NCBI GenBank assembly: GCA_965601925.1
Contig: OZ271854.1
Location: forward strand, 4,896,001-4,960,000
Direction of reading: 5' to 3'
Source: Alkalispirochaeta sp.
Lineage (GTDB): Bacteria; Spirochaetota; Spirochaetia; DSM-27196; Alkalispirochaetaceae
DNA: 64,000 nt
Of the stretch, positions 1 to 8,372 are shown one piece after another. Position numbers and translations under genes: made by a program. Below the pieces are notes generated by a model. It had not been told where the DNA came from. It ran no database searches and was given only the letters and a program-made list of their open reading frames with translations. Position 1 is the stretch's first letter. Each line of letters starts with the position of its first letter.

Positions 1-477
1 CTCAAAAGGGAGCACGTAGATAGTGCCGTTTTCCAATGTGACGTCGTCGAGAGGTATCCAACAGGTGAGATACGGCTTGACGTTTCGGTGGGTGATGAAC
101 CCCGCATCCTGGTGCCACGAGAACTTCATACCGCGCTCGGCAGCCTTGACCACGTATTGATCGAGAAAGAGATTCACCCACTCTCCGAGAACTCTTCGGC
201 ACACGCCGGCCATCTTCTCGCCGAGGGTCACTCGGCGGATCTCGGGGAAGGTTCGGTACACGTGAGGCACGAAGTAACGTGAGTTCTTGTGGTTGATGTC
301 CGGCACCGTCGGGTCGCCCTCGTCGATGCGGCGATCGATGTCGGCCACGGCACGATCGCAAACCTCGCGCATGAGGGCAATCTCATCGGCGTCGAAGAAG
401 TCGGGCACGATCGTATAGCCGTTTCCGAAGTACTCCTGAACGTGACCGTCTTGAAGACGCGCAGTTTGGGTCGTCAT
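1..477 (-). CDS. Phytanoyl-CoA dioxygenase (PhyH) family protein, 3' end runs off the window
   Basis: Not in the ORF track; translated by hand: MTTQTARLQDGHVQEYFGNGYTIVPDFF...KFSWHQDAGF...LTCWIPLDDVTLENGTIYVLP. It has the WHQD iron motif and the W-x-P-L-D-D...ENG motif, with an AGGAGG RBS upstream. Confidence 0.85.
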   Translation of the reverse strand, partial: MTTQTARLQDGHVQEYFGNGYTIVPDFFDADEIALMREVCDRAVADIDRRIDEGDPTVPDINHKNSRYFVPHVYRTFPEIRRVTLGEKMAGVCRRVLGEWVNLFLDQYVVKAAERGMKFSWHQDAGFITHRNVKPYLTCWIPLDDVTLENGTIYVLPFE

Positions 478-561
478 TGTTGAGCCTCCTGGTCGGAAAT
501 AGTACGCCTACCGTGTGGGACTCGCCTTGATGATTGCACCAAAGAATAGCATTTTTTCACC

Positions 562-1425
562 ATGGTTCCGTTGTATCGTCTGGCCGATTCACCGGGCTAC
601 CACGGGGCGGCCTTCTGCGTCGGACCGTACCACTTTTCGTTCCCCGCCTTTCCGATGCACCGACAGGACTTCGGCGAGCTGGTGTTCGTGCTGGAGGGAA
701 CGGGGGTCCATCGTACCGCGCGGGCGCGTTACCCGATCGGCGCGGGGGACGTCTTCTACATTCCTCCCGACGAGCCCCACGGCTTTGCCGAGGCGGCGGG
801 GATGTCGATCGTGAACGTAGCATTCGATTCGGCGCGGGCTCTCAAGATGGGCAGCGACGTACTGCAACTGGAGGGATACCACGCCCTCTTTCACCTACAG
901 CCGGCCATGCGAACCGAGGGTGGCTATCGCAACCGCCTGCGCCTCGGGGACGATGCACTGCGCTACGTGAGGGCGTTGCTCCGCCGGATCGACGAGGAGT
1001 ATCGCGCGCGGGCTGAGGCGTATGAGAGCATGCTGCGGGCGCTCCTGTCGGAACTGATCGTGTACGTGGCGCGCGTCTTCTCCGGTGTCGGCGCCGCCGA
1101 GGATCGCCGTCTATGGCGCTTGGCGCGCGTCGCCGCCCATCTCGAGACGGCGTACGGCGAGCGTATTCGCCTGGACGACCTCGCCCGGAGCGCGGGAGTC
1201 TCGCGCAACACGCTCTTGCGATCATTCGGTACGTATTACGGTGTGAGTCCGATGCAGTATCTCTTATCGGTCCGCATCCGCGAGGCGCGGCGGCTCCTCC
1301 GCGATACGGATCTGAACGTTACCGAGGTCGCCTCACGCTGCGGTTTCTCCGACGGCAACTACTTCTGCCGGCAGTTCGCAAAGCGCGTCGGCGTCTCCCC
1401 CGGGCGCTATCGCCGCGCGGGATAG
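562..1425 (+). CDS. AraC-family transcriptional regulator (RhaS/RhaR-like, cupin + HTH)
   Basis: N-terminal cupin (MHRQDFGELVFVLEGTGVH...PHGF) and C-terminal AraC HTH (VTEVASRCGFSDGNYFCRQFAKRVGVSPGRYR); divergent from the PhyH gene. Confidence 0.92.
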   Translation: MVPLYRLADSPGYHGAAFCVGPYHFSFPAFPMHRQDFGELVFVLEGTGVHRTARARYPIGAGDVFYIPPDEPHGFAEAAGMSIVNVAFDSARALKMGSDVLQLEGYHALFHLQPAMRTEGGYRNRLRLGDDALRYVRALLRRIDEEYRARAEAYESMLRALLSELIVYVARVFSGVGAAEDRRLWRLARVAAHLETAYGERIRLDDLARSAGVSRNTLLRSFGTYYGVSPMQYLLSVRIREARRLLRDTDLNVTEVASRCGFSDGNYFCRQFAKRVGVSPGRYRRAG

Positions 1426-1446
1426 GACGTTACAATTGCGCGGTCG

Positions 1447-1992
1447 TTACGTCAGATCGTCGAACCAGGTGTCGTCGAGCGACCCCGCACCGAAATAGTT
1501 GATACCGCTCACCGTATCGGCGACCGGCTCGTCGAGCTCCGCGAGGACGATACGGTGCCCCGGACAACCGAAGCGTGCGCACACCTGAATCACGTTCTCT
1601 CCACCGGGGAGCAGCAGCTCGATGGCTCGCCGGGAGTTACACCCCTCGACATCGCACCGGCGGTCGACCATGAGGCTCTCCCCCGTCTCCGGGACAAAGG
1701 CCTCGACGATCGCATCGGCGCTGGTAAGATCGGGGATAAAGCTGTACAGCTTGGCGTGGCTCCCCCAGAAGGCGTCGACGAAGATGAGTCCCTCCTCGCC
1801 ACCGATCTTGACACCGACGCGAATGGTGGGCTCGCCGTGGATGCGCACACTCTCGGAGACCAGCGGCGTACCTTTGCGGCTGTACACCTCCTCGACGACG
1901 AGAAACTCTCTCCCGTGACGGTTGACGAGCTTCATCCCCTCCGGCAGGGCCCGCAGGAACTCTACGGGAATCTCGTTGTGTACCAGTTTCAT
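1447..1992 (-). CDS. Hypothetical protein with C-terminal Cys/His cluster
   Basis: GAGGAGGCG RBS precedes MKLVHNEIPVEF; CxxxxC...CxxxxCxxH near the C-terminus. Confidence 0.7.
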   Translation of the reverse strand: MKLVHNEIPVEFLRALPEGMKLVNRHGREFLVVEEVYSRKGTPLVSESVRIHGEPTIRVGVKIGGEEGLIFVDAFWGSHAKLYSFIPDLTSADAIVEAFVPETGESLMVDRRCDVEGCNSRRAIELLLPGGENVIQVCARFGCPGHRIVLAELDEPVADTVSGINYFGAGSLDDTWFDDLT

Positions 1993-2166
1993 AATCGCCT
2001 CCTCGTCGCGGCAGTGTGTGGGAACGCGATTATTGTACACCACGGCGGCGAGCCGGACAACGCGCCGCATGCGTGCCCGGAGCGATCGCTTGAAGGGTCC
2101 GAGCTTCCGTTGTATCGTAATAGATATTTTTTACGTGCACCGCACCGCCGAGTTTGGAGTGGCCCC

Positions 2167-2658
2167 ATGAGATGTCCAAAATGTAGTTCCTTGGAAGATA
2201 AAGTCATCGAGTCGCGCGCACTCGCCGACGGACGCACGACGAGACGACGCCGAGAGTGCCTCTCCTGCGGCTACCGCTTCACCTCCTACGAGCGAATCGA
2301 GGAGAAGCAACTGATGGTCATAAAGAAGAGCTCGGGGCGACGCGAGCCCTTCGACCGCGCCAAGCTGGAGAAGGGAATCCAGCAGGCGGTGCGCAAGCGC
2401 CCGATCAGCCAAGCGCAGATCGCCATTATGATCGATGAGTTGGAGGAGCAGGCGCTCCACGAAGGGATGGAGAGCCACGAAATCACCGCCGCACGCCTGG
2501 GCGAGATGGTGCTGGACCGTCTGCACGCCACGGACACGGTCGCTTACATCCGTTTCGCCTCGGTCTACCGCAACTTTGAGGATGTGGAAGAGTTCATGCG
2601 GGAGATCGACCGCCTCCAGCGACGGCAAAAGCCGGAACACGCAGCGGACGAGACGTAG
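2167..2658 (+). CDS. nrdR: Transcriptional repressor NrdR
   Basis: MRCPKC...DKVIESR...RRRRECLSCGYRFTSYERIE zinc ribbon, ATP cone and VAYIRFASVYRNF. Confidence 0.97.
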   Translation: MRCPKCSSLEDKVIESRALADGRTTRRRRECLSCGYRFTSYERIEEKQLMVIKKSSGRREPFDRAKLEKGIQQAVRKRPISQAQIAIMIDELEEQALHEGMESHEITAARLGEMVLDRLHATDTVAYIRFASVYRNFEDVEEFMREIDRLQRRQKPEHAADET

Positions 2659-2675
2659 TCGAGCATCTCGGACAC

Positions 2676-2702
2676 AAAAAAACCGGCTACGAATAGCCGG
2701 TT
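2676..2702 (-). terminator. Intrinsic terminator downstream of tRNA-Met
   Basis: AACCGGCTA-loop-TAGCCGGTT hairpin followed by a T-run on the minus strand. Confidence 0.75.
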
Positions 2703-2709
2703 CTCCACG

Positions 2710-2782
2710 TAGTGGCGAAGGGACTTGAACCCCTGACCGAGCGGATATGAGCCGCTTGCTCTACCAACTGAGCTACGCCACC
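2710..2782 (-). tRNA. tRNA-Met(CAT), probably elongator (Ile2 not excluded); CCA not encoded
   Basis: GGTGGCGTAGCTCAGTTGGTAGAGCA-AGCGG-CTCATAT-CCGCT-CGGTCAGGGGTTCAAGTCCCTTCGCCACTA folds as a cloverleaf. Confidence 0.93.
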
Positions 2783-2798
2783 ATCAATAGTGAAGCGC

Positions 2799-2827
2799 AC
2801 TCTACCAAGGGAACGGGGCCGTGTCAA
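2799..2827 (-). promoter_or_regulatory. Sigma70 promoter of tRNA-Met
   Basis: TTGACA-17 nt-TAGAGT just upstream of the tRNA. Confidence 0.7.
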
Positions 2828-3024
2828 CACGCGGTCACGGACCGCCCGCGAATGAAGCACTTCGATAGATCCTCGGCGGAGCACCTGTTAAGCCACTATT
2901 TATTATATATTAAGTAATATTTAGAGATATATAGATTTATCGGTAAATCACCCGAAAAGGTCGTCCGATATTAATACTATACATGAGACGCGGGGCCCCA
3001 AGGCTCGGCGAGGGGAGATACCAC

Positions 3025-3885
3025 ATGGACCGAACCGCGGCACCCGGCCACCGGGACCGGCGTTACGTGGACGAGGATCGCAATGCAGGCGTACAGGGAA
3101 CGGCGATCATTGCCGCGGACCGCAACGCCGTACAGGAGGAGCTGATACACCTGATCGAGGCCGGCGGCCTTGCGCCAAGTGCCGGCGACGACACGCAGCT
3201 GCGCCGGGCGGTAGAGGCGATCGCGGTACGCGAAGCGTTGGCGATGCCCCCGATCGGTACGATCTGGATGTACGACGGCGCCGGCTGGGTCGACAACGTG
3301 ACGCTCCCGGGCTGGTACGCCTGCATTCCGGAAAACGAAGACGGCGGTGCGTCCGGCCTCTCCTTCGGCATCGTGTCGATGGTCGACCGATTTGTGATGG
3401 GTCGTGGGAACGCGGCGGTAGGCGCGGTGGGCGGGACCAACTCATATCAGCTAACGGCGGGGCAGCTCCCTTCGCATACGCACACAATCAACCACGACCA
3501 TACGGCGTTCACGTCGGGGGGCGAGAGTAGGGATCATTCTCATTCGGTGAGTGGAAGTGTTAATGGCAGTGGCTCGCACAACCACTGGGACGGCTTTCGA
3601 CATTCTTACGGAAACTCCGGTGCGTATGTGTATGCAATGTCCGGTAATCAAGGAAGTATTGGAGTTACGTACTCAAATACAAGCTCCGTGAGCTACATGG
3701 CGAGAACATCATCCACGAGCCACTCCCACACTTGGTCCGGCAGCTCAGGCGGTCGCTCCGCCGGCCACACTCACGCGATAAACGTCCCGAACTACGCCGG
3801 TAACTCAGGCGGCACCGGCGGCGGCCAGACGATCGACAACCGTCCGGCCTTCTACTCGATGGTATTCATCAGAAAGTGCGTGTAG
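3025..3885 (+). CDS. Phage tail fibre / tail-collar protein (fibre D)
   Basis: Fibre-anchor N-terminus (NAVQEELIHLIEAGGLAPSAGDDTQL), collar-like PIGTIWMY...DRFVMG, multiple HxH motifs (HTH, HSH, HNH) and the typical ending DNRPAFYSMVFIRK; AGGGGAG RBS. Confidence 0.85.
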   Translation: MDRTAAPGHRDRRYVDEDRNAGVQGTAIIAADRNAVQEELIHLIEAGGLAPSAGDDTQLRRAVEAIAVREALAMPPIGTIWMYDGAGWVDNVTLPGWYACIPENEDGGASGLSFGIVSMVDRFVMGRGNAAVGAVGGTNSYQLTAGQLPSHTHTINHDHTAFTSGGESRDHSHSVSGSVNGSGSHNHWDGFRHSYGNSGAYVYAMSGNQGSIGVTYSNTSSVSYMARTSSTSHSHTWSGSSGGRSAGHTHAINVPNYAGNSGGTGGGQTIDNRPAFYSMVFIRKCV

Positions 3886-3904
3886 CGATTAAGGAGAGTC
3901 CACG

Positions 3905-4459
3905 ATGAAGGTGATTTCGATACTGAACAACGAGATGGTGATTCGCGAGCAGCGCCGGTCGGTCGATCGCGACGCTGACATGTTGACGGTGTATCTCTCG
4001 ATAGAGGCGAAGTTCGGCACGGTGGTAAACGCCGACACACGGCGAAAGCAGCGCCAACTCACCTTTCAGGTCGAGAAGGCGCGCCATCCGGAAGTGTGGG
4101 CGGCGGTCAAGGACGCGGACAACGGCGCGTTGATGGACGCGATAGCGGACCAATTGTCGGCGGTACTCCCGGTCGTCCGGCAACACCGCATGGAAGAGGA
4201 GAATCCCGTTACCCGCGAGGCGATCCAGGAGACGGTCGACGGGGAGGTCCTCTTCCGGTACCGCGACGAGGACGAGGCGGCGTTTAGCGCAGCCCGGGAG
4301 CGCACCGGACACGCACCGACGCAGGTACCGCAACCCAACAGCCAAGAGGCGGCGTTGGAGGAGCTCAAGGCGCAGTATCCTGTGGAGGAGATAGACGATA
4401 TGGTGAGCCATTTGCTCGCCATCGGCGTCGAGGCGCCGCTCCGGGCGGTCGGCGTCTAA
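3905..4459 (+). CDS. Hypothetical protein downstream of fibre D (possible fibre-associated chaperone)
   Basis: AAGGAG RBS; coupled to the next gene by a TAATG overlap; function inferred from position only. Confidence 0.65.
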   Translation: MKVISILNNEMVIREQRRSVDRDADMLTVYLSIEAKFGTVVNADTRRKQRQLTFQVEKARHPEVWAAVKDADNGALMDAIADQLSAVLPVVRQHRMEEENPVTREAIQETVDGEVLFRYRDEDEAAFSAARERTGHAPTQVPQPNSQEAALEELKAQYPVEEIDDMVSHLLAIGVEAPLRAVGV

Positions 4460-4821
4460 TGGACCTGCGCTACGGCAAGGCGCACCGACGCCGCATAGAA
4501 CGGCTAATACGAAAACACGGCCTCCCGGCCGGCGCGGAGGCGACCTATCAGCACGACGTGGCGGAGCCGATCGTGCTGGTATCGACGCCCGGCGACGGCA
4601 GGTCGGCCGGCCAGTTCCGGATGCTGACCCGAACGATGGAGCACGTGGAGTCCTTTCTCGTCAACGGGGGCGTGGTGAAGCTCCGCGCGTATTGCCCGTT
4701 GATTCGTCGTCGCTGCAAGGGCGAGAAGTGCCAGTGGTACGTCGTGCGAGGCTCTACCGGCGACTGTTCGACGCGCTGGAGCGCCGAGGCGGCGATGGTG
4801 AGCCTGGGGAGCGGGGGGTAG
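4459..4821 (+). CDS. Hypothetical Cys-rich protein
   Basis: TAATG overlap with the previous gene; CPLxxxxCxxxxCxW...C motif. Confidence 0.6.
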   Translation: MDLRYGKAHRRRIERLIRKHGLPAGAEATYQHDVAEPIVLVSTPGDGRSAGQFRMLTRTMEHVESFLVNGGVVKLRAYCPLIRRRCKGEKCQWYVVRGSTGDCSTRWSAEAAMVSLGSGG

Positions 4822-4915
4822 GACGTACCCGATCCCGTTGTCATCAGCACAGCGTGCCCATAGGAAGGTCCCAACCATACGTATTGACAAAAGGCACACA
4901 CACTACAGTTTCAAT

Positions 4916-5197
4916 ATGACCTTCAACTGGAGCGATGAAAAAAATGCGCTCTTGAAACAAACAAGAGGCATTTCTTTCGAAGAGATTGTCATCGCGATTG
5001 AGGAAGGACATGTTGTAGATGTGGTGCGGAATACAAAACGGTATCCGGATCAGCAAGTTTATCTGGTTGCGTGGCGCAGTTATATCTATGCCGTACCGTT
5101 TGTTCGCAACTCCGAAAAAGAAGAGATATTCTTGAAGATGATCTATCCGAGTCGGAAGTACACGAAACGGTACCGTTTCCCGGAGAGAGAACGATGA
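4916..5197 (+). CDS. BrnT-family (DUF497-like) toxin
   Basis: MTFNWSDEKNALLKQTRGISFEEIV...FLKMIYPSRKYTKRY; ATGA overlap with the antitoxin. Confidence 0.85.
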   Translation: MTFNWSDEKNALLKQTRGISFEEIVIAIEEGHVVDVVRNTKRYPDQQVYLVAWRSYIYAVPFVRNSEKEEIFLKMIYPSRKYTKRYRFPERER

Positions 5198-5493
5198 GCG
5201 ACCATACCGAAGAAACCGCGTTTCATTATTTGGACGACGAAGAGCGAGACGTAATGGAAAGCCTCGAACGGGGTGAATGGGAAACCGCGGAGGATGCGAG
5301 CACGGTAAAAGACGAGGCGGTACGGTACGCAAAGGCGACGCTGAAAAAGGACAAGCGCATGAATGTGCGCATAACGGAGCGCGATCTCCGTAATCTGAAG
5401 ATCAGGGCCGCCGAAGAGGGCATTCCATATCAGACACTGGTCACAATGGTCCTGCACAAATACGTAACGGGACAGCTGACCGAAACGCATTGA
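5194..5493 (+). CDS. CopG/BrnA-like RHH antitoxin
   Basis: KKDKRMNVRITERDLRNLKIRAAEEGIPYQTLVTMVLHKYV ribbon-helix-helix with the typical GIPYQTL motif. Confidence 0.85.
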   Translation: MSDHTEETAFHYLDDEERDVMESLERGEWETAEDASTVKDEAVRYAKATLKKDKRMNVRITERDLRNLKIRAAEEGIPYQTLVTMVLHKYVTGQLTETH

Positions 5494-5540
5494 GCCCAAA
5501 GACGCCGGTCGCCGGCGCGTCCAGTCCACGTGGAGGAACC

Positions 5541-5816
5541 ATGATCGTTACCGCGGCGGCGGTAGCCGAACATATACGCGCGTACCTTGCGCATGACATC
5601 GCACTGACCGATCTCGTAGCGTGGGCGGAAGCGGCGCTCGTCGACGGCGATTTTGATGACGACAACCCGAACGATCTCGCGCGAATCGTCGGGAGACTTG
5701 GAGCGGCGGACGTGCACGAGTTTCACCTTTCGTGGGAAGACATGGAGACGATCGTCGGCGAGTTGGGGTACGAGCTCCATACGCATCCGCAGCTGGTGAA
5801 GAAGACGGCGGTGTGA
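5541..5816 (+). CDS. Small acidic hypothetical protein
   Basis: GGAGG RBS; MIVTAAAVAEHIRAYLAHDIALTDLVAWAEAAL... Confidence 0.65.
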   Translation: MIVTAAAVAEHIRAYLAHDIALTDLVAWAEAALVDGDFDDDNPNDLARIVGRLGAADVHEFHLSWEDMETIVGELGYELHTHPQLVKKTAV

Positions 5817-6009
5817 GCGTGAGGAAGTGGTATCTGGATCAGCAGACCCGCCTGGTCACTTGTCGCAGTTTGTTCATGTATACCGTTTGCTCCCATCTCT
5901 GATGTAGCGGGCGCGCGAAAGCTTTTAGCCACATACGCAAATAGAATGATGAATCAAATCACGCTTACATCCAATACAGTTGTAGAACTTGAAATGTCTG
6001 CGCGGCACT

Positions 6010-7800
6010 TTACAACATTCTCACTCTCGTACGAAAACTCTCCGAGAACACGTAAGCCGCGCCACCGGACGGTATTGTCGAAGATTCATTGCGCGCTCCA
6101 ACGATCACATAGTCACCATTGACCGCCACACCCCAGCCAAATGAGGCACTTTGTGATGCTTCTGGGGCCAGTAGCTTCACTCCGGTCCGCCACGCGTTTG
6201 AGCTGCTGCGGCGAAACACATATGCCGTGCCAGCCCCCTCATATCCGACACTCTCGCCCCACGCTCCGATTATGAGACAGTCCCCGTCAATCGCTACATC
6301 ATGACCGAAACGATCTCCCACTTGTCCGCCCTCCGGCGTAACCAGCTTTGTCCCGGCATCCCATTCGTTTACACCAGTGCGCCGAAACACGTATGCGGTA
6401 CCAGCAGGTGGGTCTCCCGAGAGCGCGTTAGGAGCTCCTACAACGGCGTAGTTCCCTTGGATTGCCACACCCTCGCCGAAATAAGCCTGCGCTTGCGCGT
6501 CTGGCGCCACCAGTTTCACTCCGGCATCCCAGGTGTTCACGTCGGTGCGCCGGAACACGTATGCCGCGCCAGCGTTTACACCTCCCGCGGATTCTTGATG
6601 AGCCCCAACGATGACGTAGTCCTCGTGGATCTCTACGTCCTCGCCGAAACGGGCATCCGCTTGCGCATCTGGAGCCACCAGCTTGACTCCGGCATCCCAA
6701 GTGTTTACGTCGGTGCGCCGGAACACGTATGCCGCGCCAGCGCTGCTACCTCCGGCGTCCTCGTTGTGCGCTCCTACGACGACATAGTCCCCGTCGATTG
6801 CTATGGACCTTCCAAAACTGTCGCCGGGCTCGCGGTCCGACGCTACCAGTTTCACTCCGGCATCCCAGGTGTTTGCACCGATGCGGTGAAATATGTACGC
6901 GGCATTCCCAGTCTGAGCTCCAATGGCAATATAGTCGCCGTCTATCGCTACACTCCAGCCAAACAAGGCGTTCGGAAAGATGTCTGGCGCTGCCAGCTTC
7001 ACTCCTGTATCCCAGGTGTTTACGTCGAGGCGCCGGAACACGTACGCCGCACCAGAGTTGCTACCTCCGGCATCCTCTTGTGGAGCTCCTACGACCGCAT
7101 AGCTCCCACCGATCGCTACACTTCGACCGAAAATGTCTCCGGGTTCTGCGTCGAACGCAACCAACTTCGTCCCATCATCCCATTGGTTGGTAACTAAGGA
7201 TAACAAGACCGCAGAGATCGACGAATCGCGACTCTCCAGCGCACTATCGACTTCCGCATCGCTGTACACATCCAGTACACCTCGCGCCTCCGCGGCGTTG
7301 GCTGCTGCCATGAGACCTCGGGCATATGACGACGTGAGACTATGCATACTCATTGCTGTACCATCGCCGACCGCAAACAGAACGCTCCCGGGAGAAAGTG
7401 TCGCCATGATACCGGCGGTGCCGTCAATGGTGACCGTGTCGGTGCCTTCGTTCACGACGAAAAGGTACCGGCCCGGCCGCCCAATCGGCCCGTTGAGAGT
7501 CAGGGTCAACGGGGTACCGTTGGCGACACTAACAAGGAGGGATGAACGGTAGGCGCCAAGATCTATTGCCTGCGAAGTAGAAATCTCTACTTGATCTGCG
7601 ATCATCCGCCCGATAGCAGATTCCAACTGCGTATTGTCCGCTCCGCTTGGTATCAACCCCGCGTTCTCGATAACGTGTATTAGCTCGTCCTGAATCGCGT
7701 TGCGATCCTCGGCGGTGATCGCGGTACCCTGTCGGCCCGAGTTACGGTCCTCGTCGACGTAGAATCCGTTGTCGCTCCCGGGGGCGTTCGTGCGTCTCAT
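6010..7800 (-). CDS. Tail fibre (fibre C) with C-terminal FG-GAP repeat beta-propeller
   Basis: Same anchor class as fibre D (NAIQDELIHVIENAGLIPSGADNTQL), followed by seven repeats of FGxSVAIxGDYxVVGA...GAAYVF. Confidence 0.85.
   Translation of the reverse strand: MRRTNAPGSDNGFYVDEDRNSGRQGTAITAEDRNAIQDELIHVIENAGLIPSGADNTQLESAIGRMIADQVEISTSQAIDLGAYRSSLLVSVANGTPLTLTLNGPIGRPGRYLFVVNEGTDTVTIDGTAGIMATLSPGSVLFAVGDGTAMSMHSLTSSYARGLMAAANAAEARGVLDVYSDAEVDSALESRDSSISAVLLSLVTNQWDDGTKLVAFDAEPGDIFGRSVAIGGSYAVVGAPQEDAGGSNSGAAYVFRRLDVNTWDTGVKLAAPDIFPNALFGWSVAIDGDYIAIGAQTGNAAYIFHRIGANTWDAGVKLVASDREPGDSFGRSIAIDGDYVVVGAHNEDAGGSSAGAAYVFRRTDVNTWDAGVKLVAPDAQADARFGEDVEIHEDYVIVGAHQESAGGVNAGAAYVFRRTDVNTWDAGVKLVAPDAQAQAYFGEGVAIQGNYAVVGAPNALSGDPPAGTAYVFRRTGVNEWDAGTKLVTPEGGQVGDRFGHDVAIDGDCLIIGAWGESVGYEGAGTAYVFRRSSSNAWRTGVKLLAPEASQSASFGWGVAVNGDYVIVGARNESSTIPSGGAAYVFSESFRTRVRML
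6040..7180 (-). repeat. Intragenic ~58-codon tandem FG-GAP repeats
   Basis: Recurrent DNA such as ccggcatcccaggtgtt...cgtcggtgcgccggaacacgtatgccgcgccagcg at about 174-bp spacing. Confidence 0.85.
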
Positions 7801-8363
7801 AGCCCGTCCTCCTGGTCGTTACCGCACCGCATGACACCGCATACGCCGACGCCGCAGCGCCCGACGGAGCTGCCGGAGAGGGCGATTACGTTGAGCGTCC
7901 GCGCTACGTGCACCGGAAAGATGCGCCCCGCGATGCCGACGAGGCGCGCGTACTGGTCGACCGTCTCGACGTCGCCGTTCAGCCGAATCGAGAGTGGCCC
8001 CGTCTCTTCGATCAACACGCGCGAAACCTCGGGATTGTCGGCACGCGGAAATTCGATGGTAAGTTGTCGCTGCAGATACTCGAGGCTTTGCCCGCCCACG
8101 GCGGCGTTGGCGGCGCGTATGCGTTGCTTCATCACCTCTCGGTTTGTGTTGGGAGCGTACGCGACACCCAGCTCCTCGGCCCACTCGGGGATCGCCTCAT
8201 CGGCTCTCCCCGGGATCGATTCGTCCACGGCACCTCTGAGATAGGCGCGGACGCGGCCGAGAGACGCGGCAAGGGCGTCCAGGAGCGCCGACCAGTTGCC
8301 CCGGGCCCTCCAGGGTAGACCTGACGGTAAGAGCAGGCGCAGTACGCGTTTCATCGATTGCAT
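7797..8363 (-). CDS. Baseplate wedge protein, Mu gp48/YmfQ (DUF2313)-like, copy 2
   Basis: LRLLLPSGLPW...LLDALAASLGRV...ESIPGRADEAIPEWAEELG...GGQSLEY; lies between gp47 and a fibre. Confidence 0.8.
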   Translation of the reverse strand: MQSMKRVLRLLLPSGLPWRARGNWSALLDALAASLGRVRAYLRGAVDESIPGRADEAIPEWAEELGVAYAPNTNREVMKQRIRAANAAVGGQSLEYLQRQLTIEFPRADNPEVSRVLIEETGPLSIRLNGDVETVDQYARLVGIAGRIFPVHVARTLNVIALSGSSVGRCGVGVCGVMRCGNDQEDGL

Positions 8364-8372
8364 CGCTCCTCC

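Noticed and set aside
1555..2166. N-terminal extension of the 367-aa ORF containing nrdR
   Set aside because: It is antisense to the 1447-1992 gene; NrdR starts at MRCPKC (2167).
2710..2782. tRNA-Met as attachment site of the tail locus
   Set aside because: The locus lies on the tRNA's 5' side, and I found no duplicated tRNA fragment or integrase.
3025..7800. Active Gin/gix-type invertible segment
   Set aside because: No invertase and no long perfect inverted repeat were seen; kept only as a layout observation.
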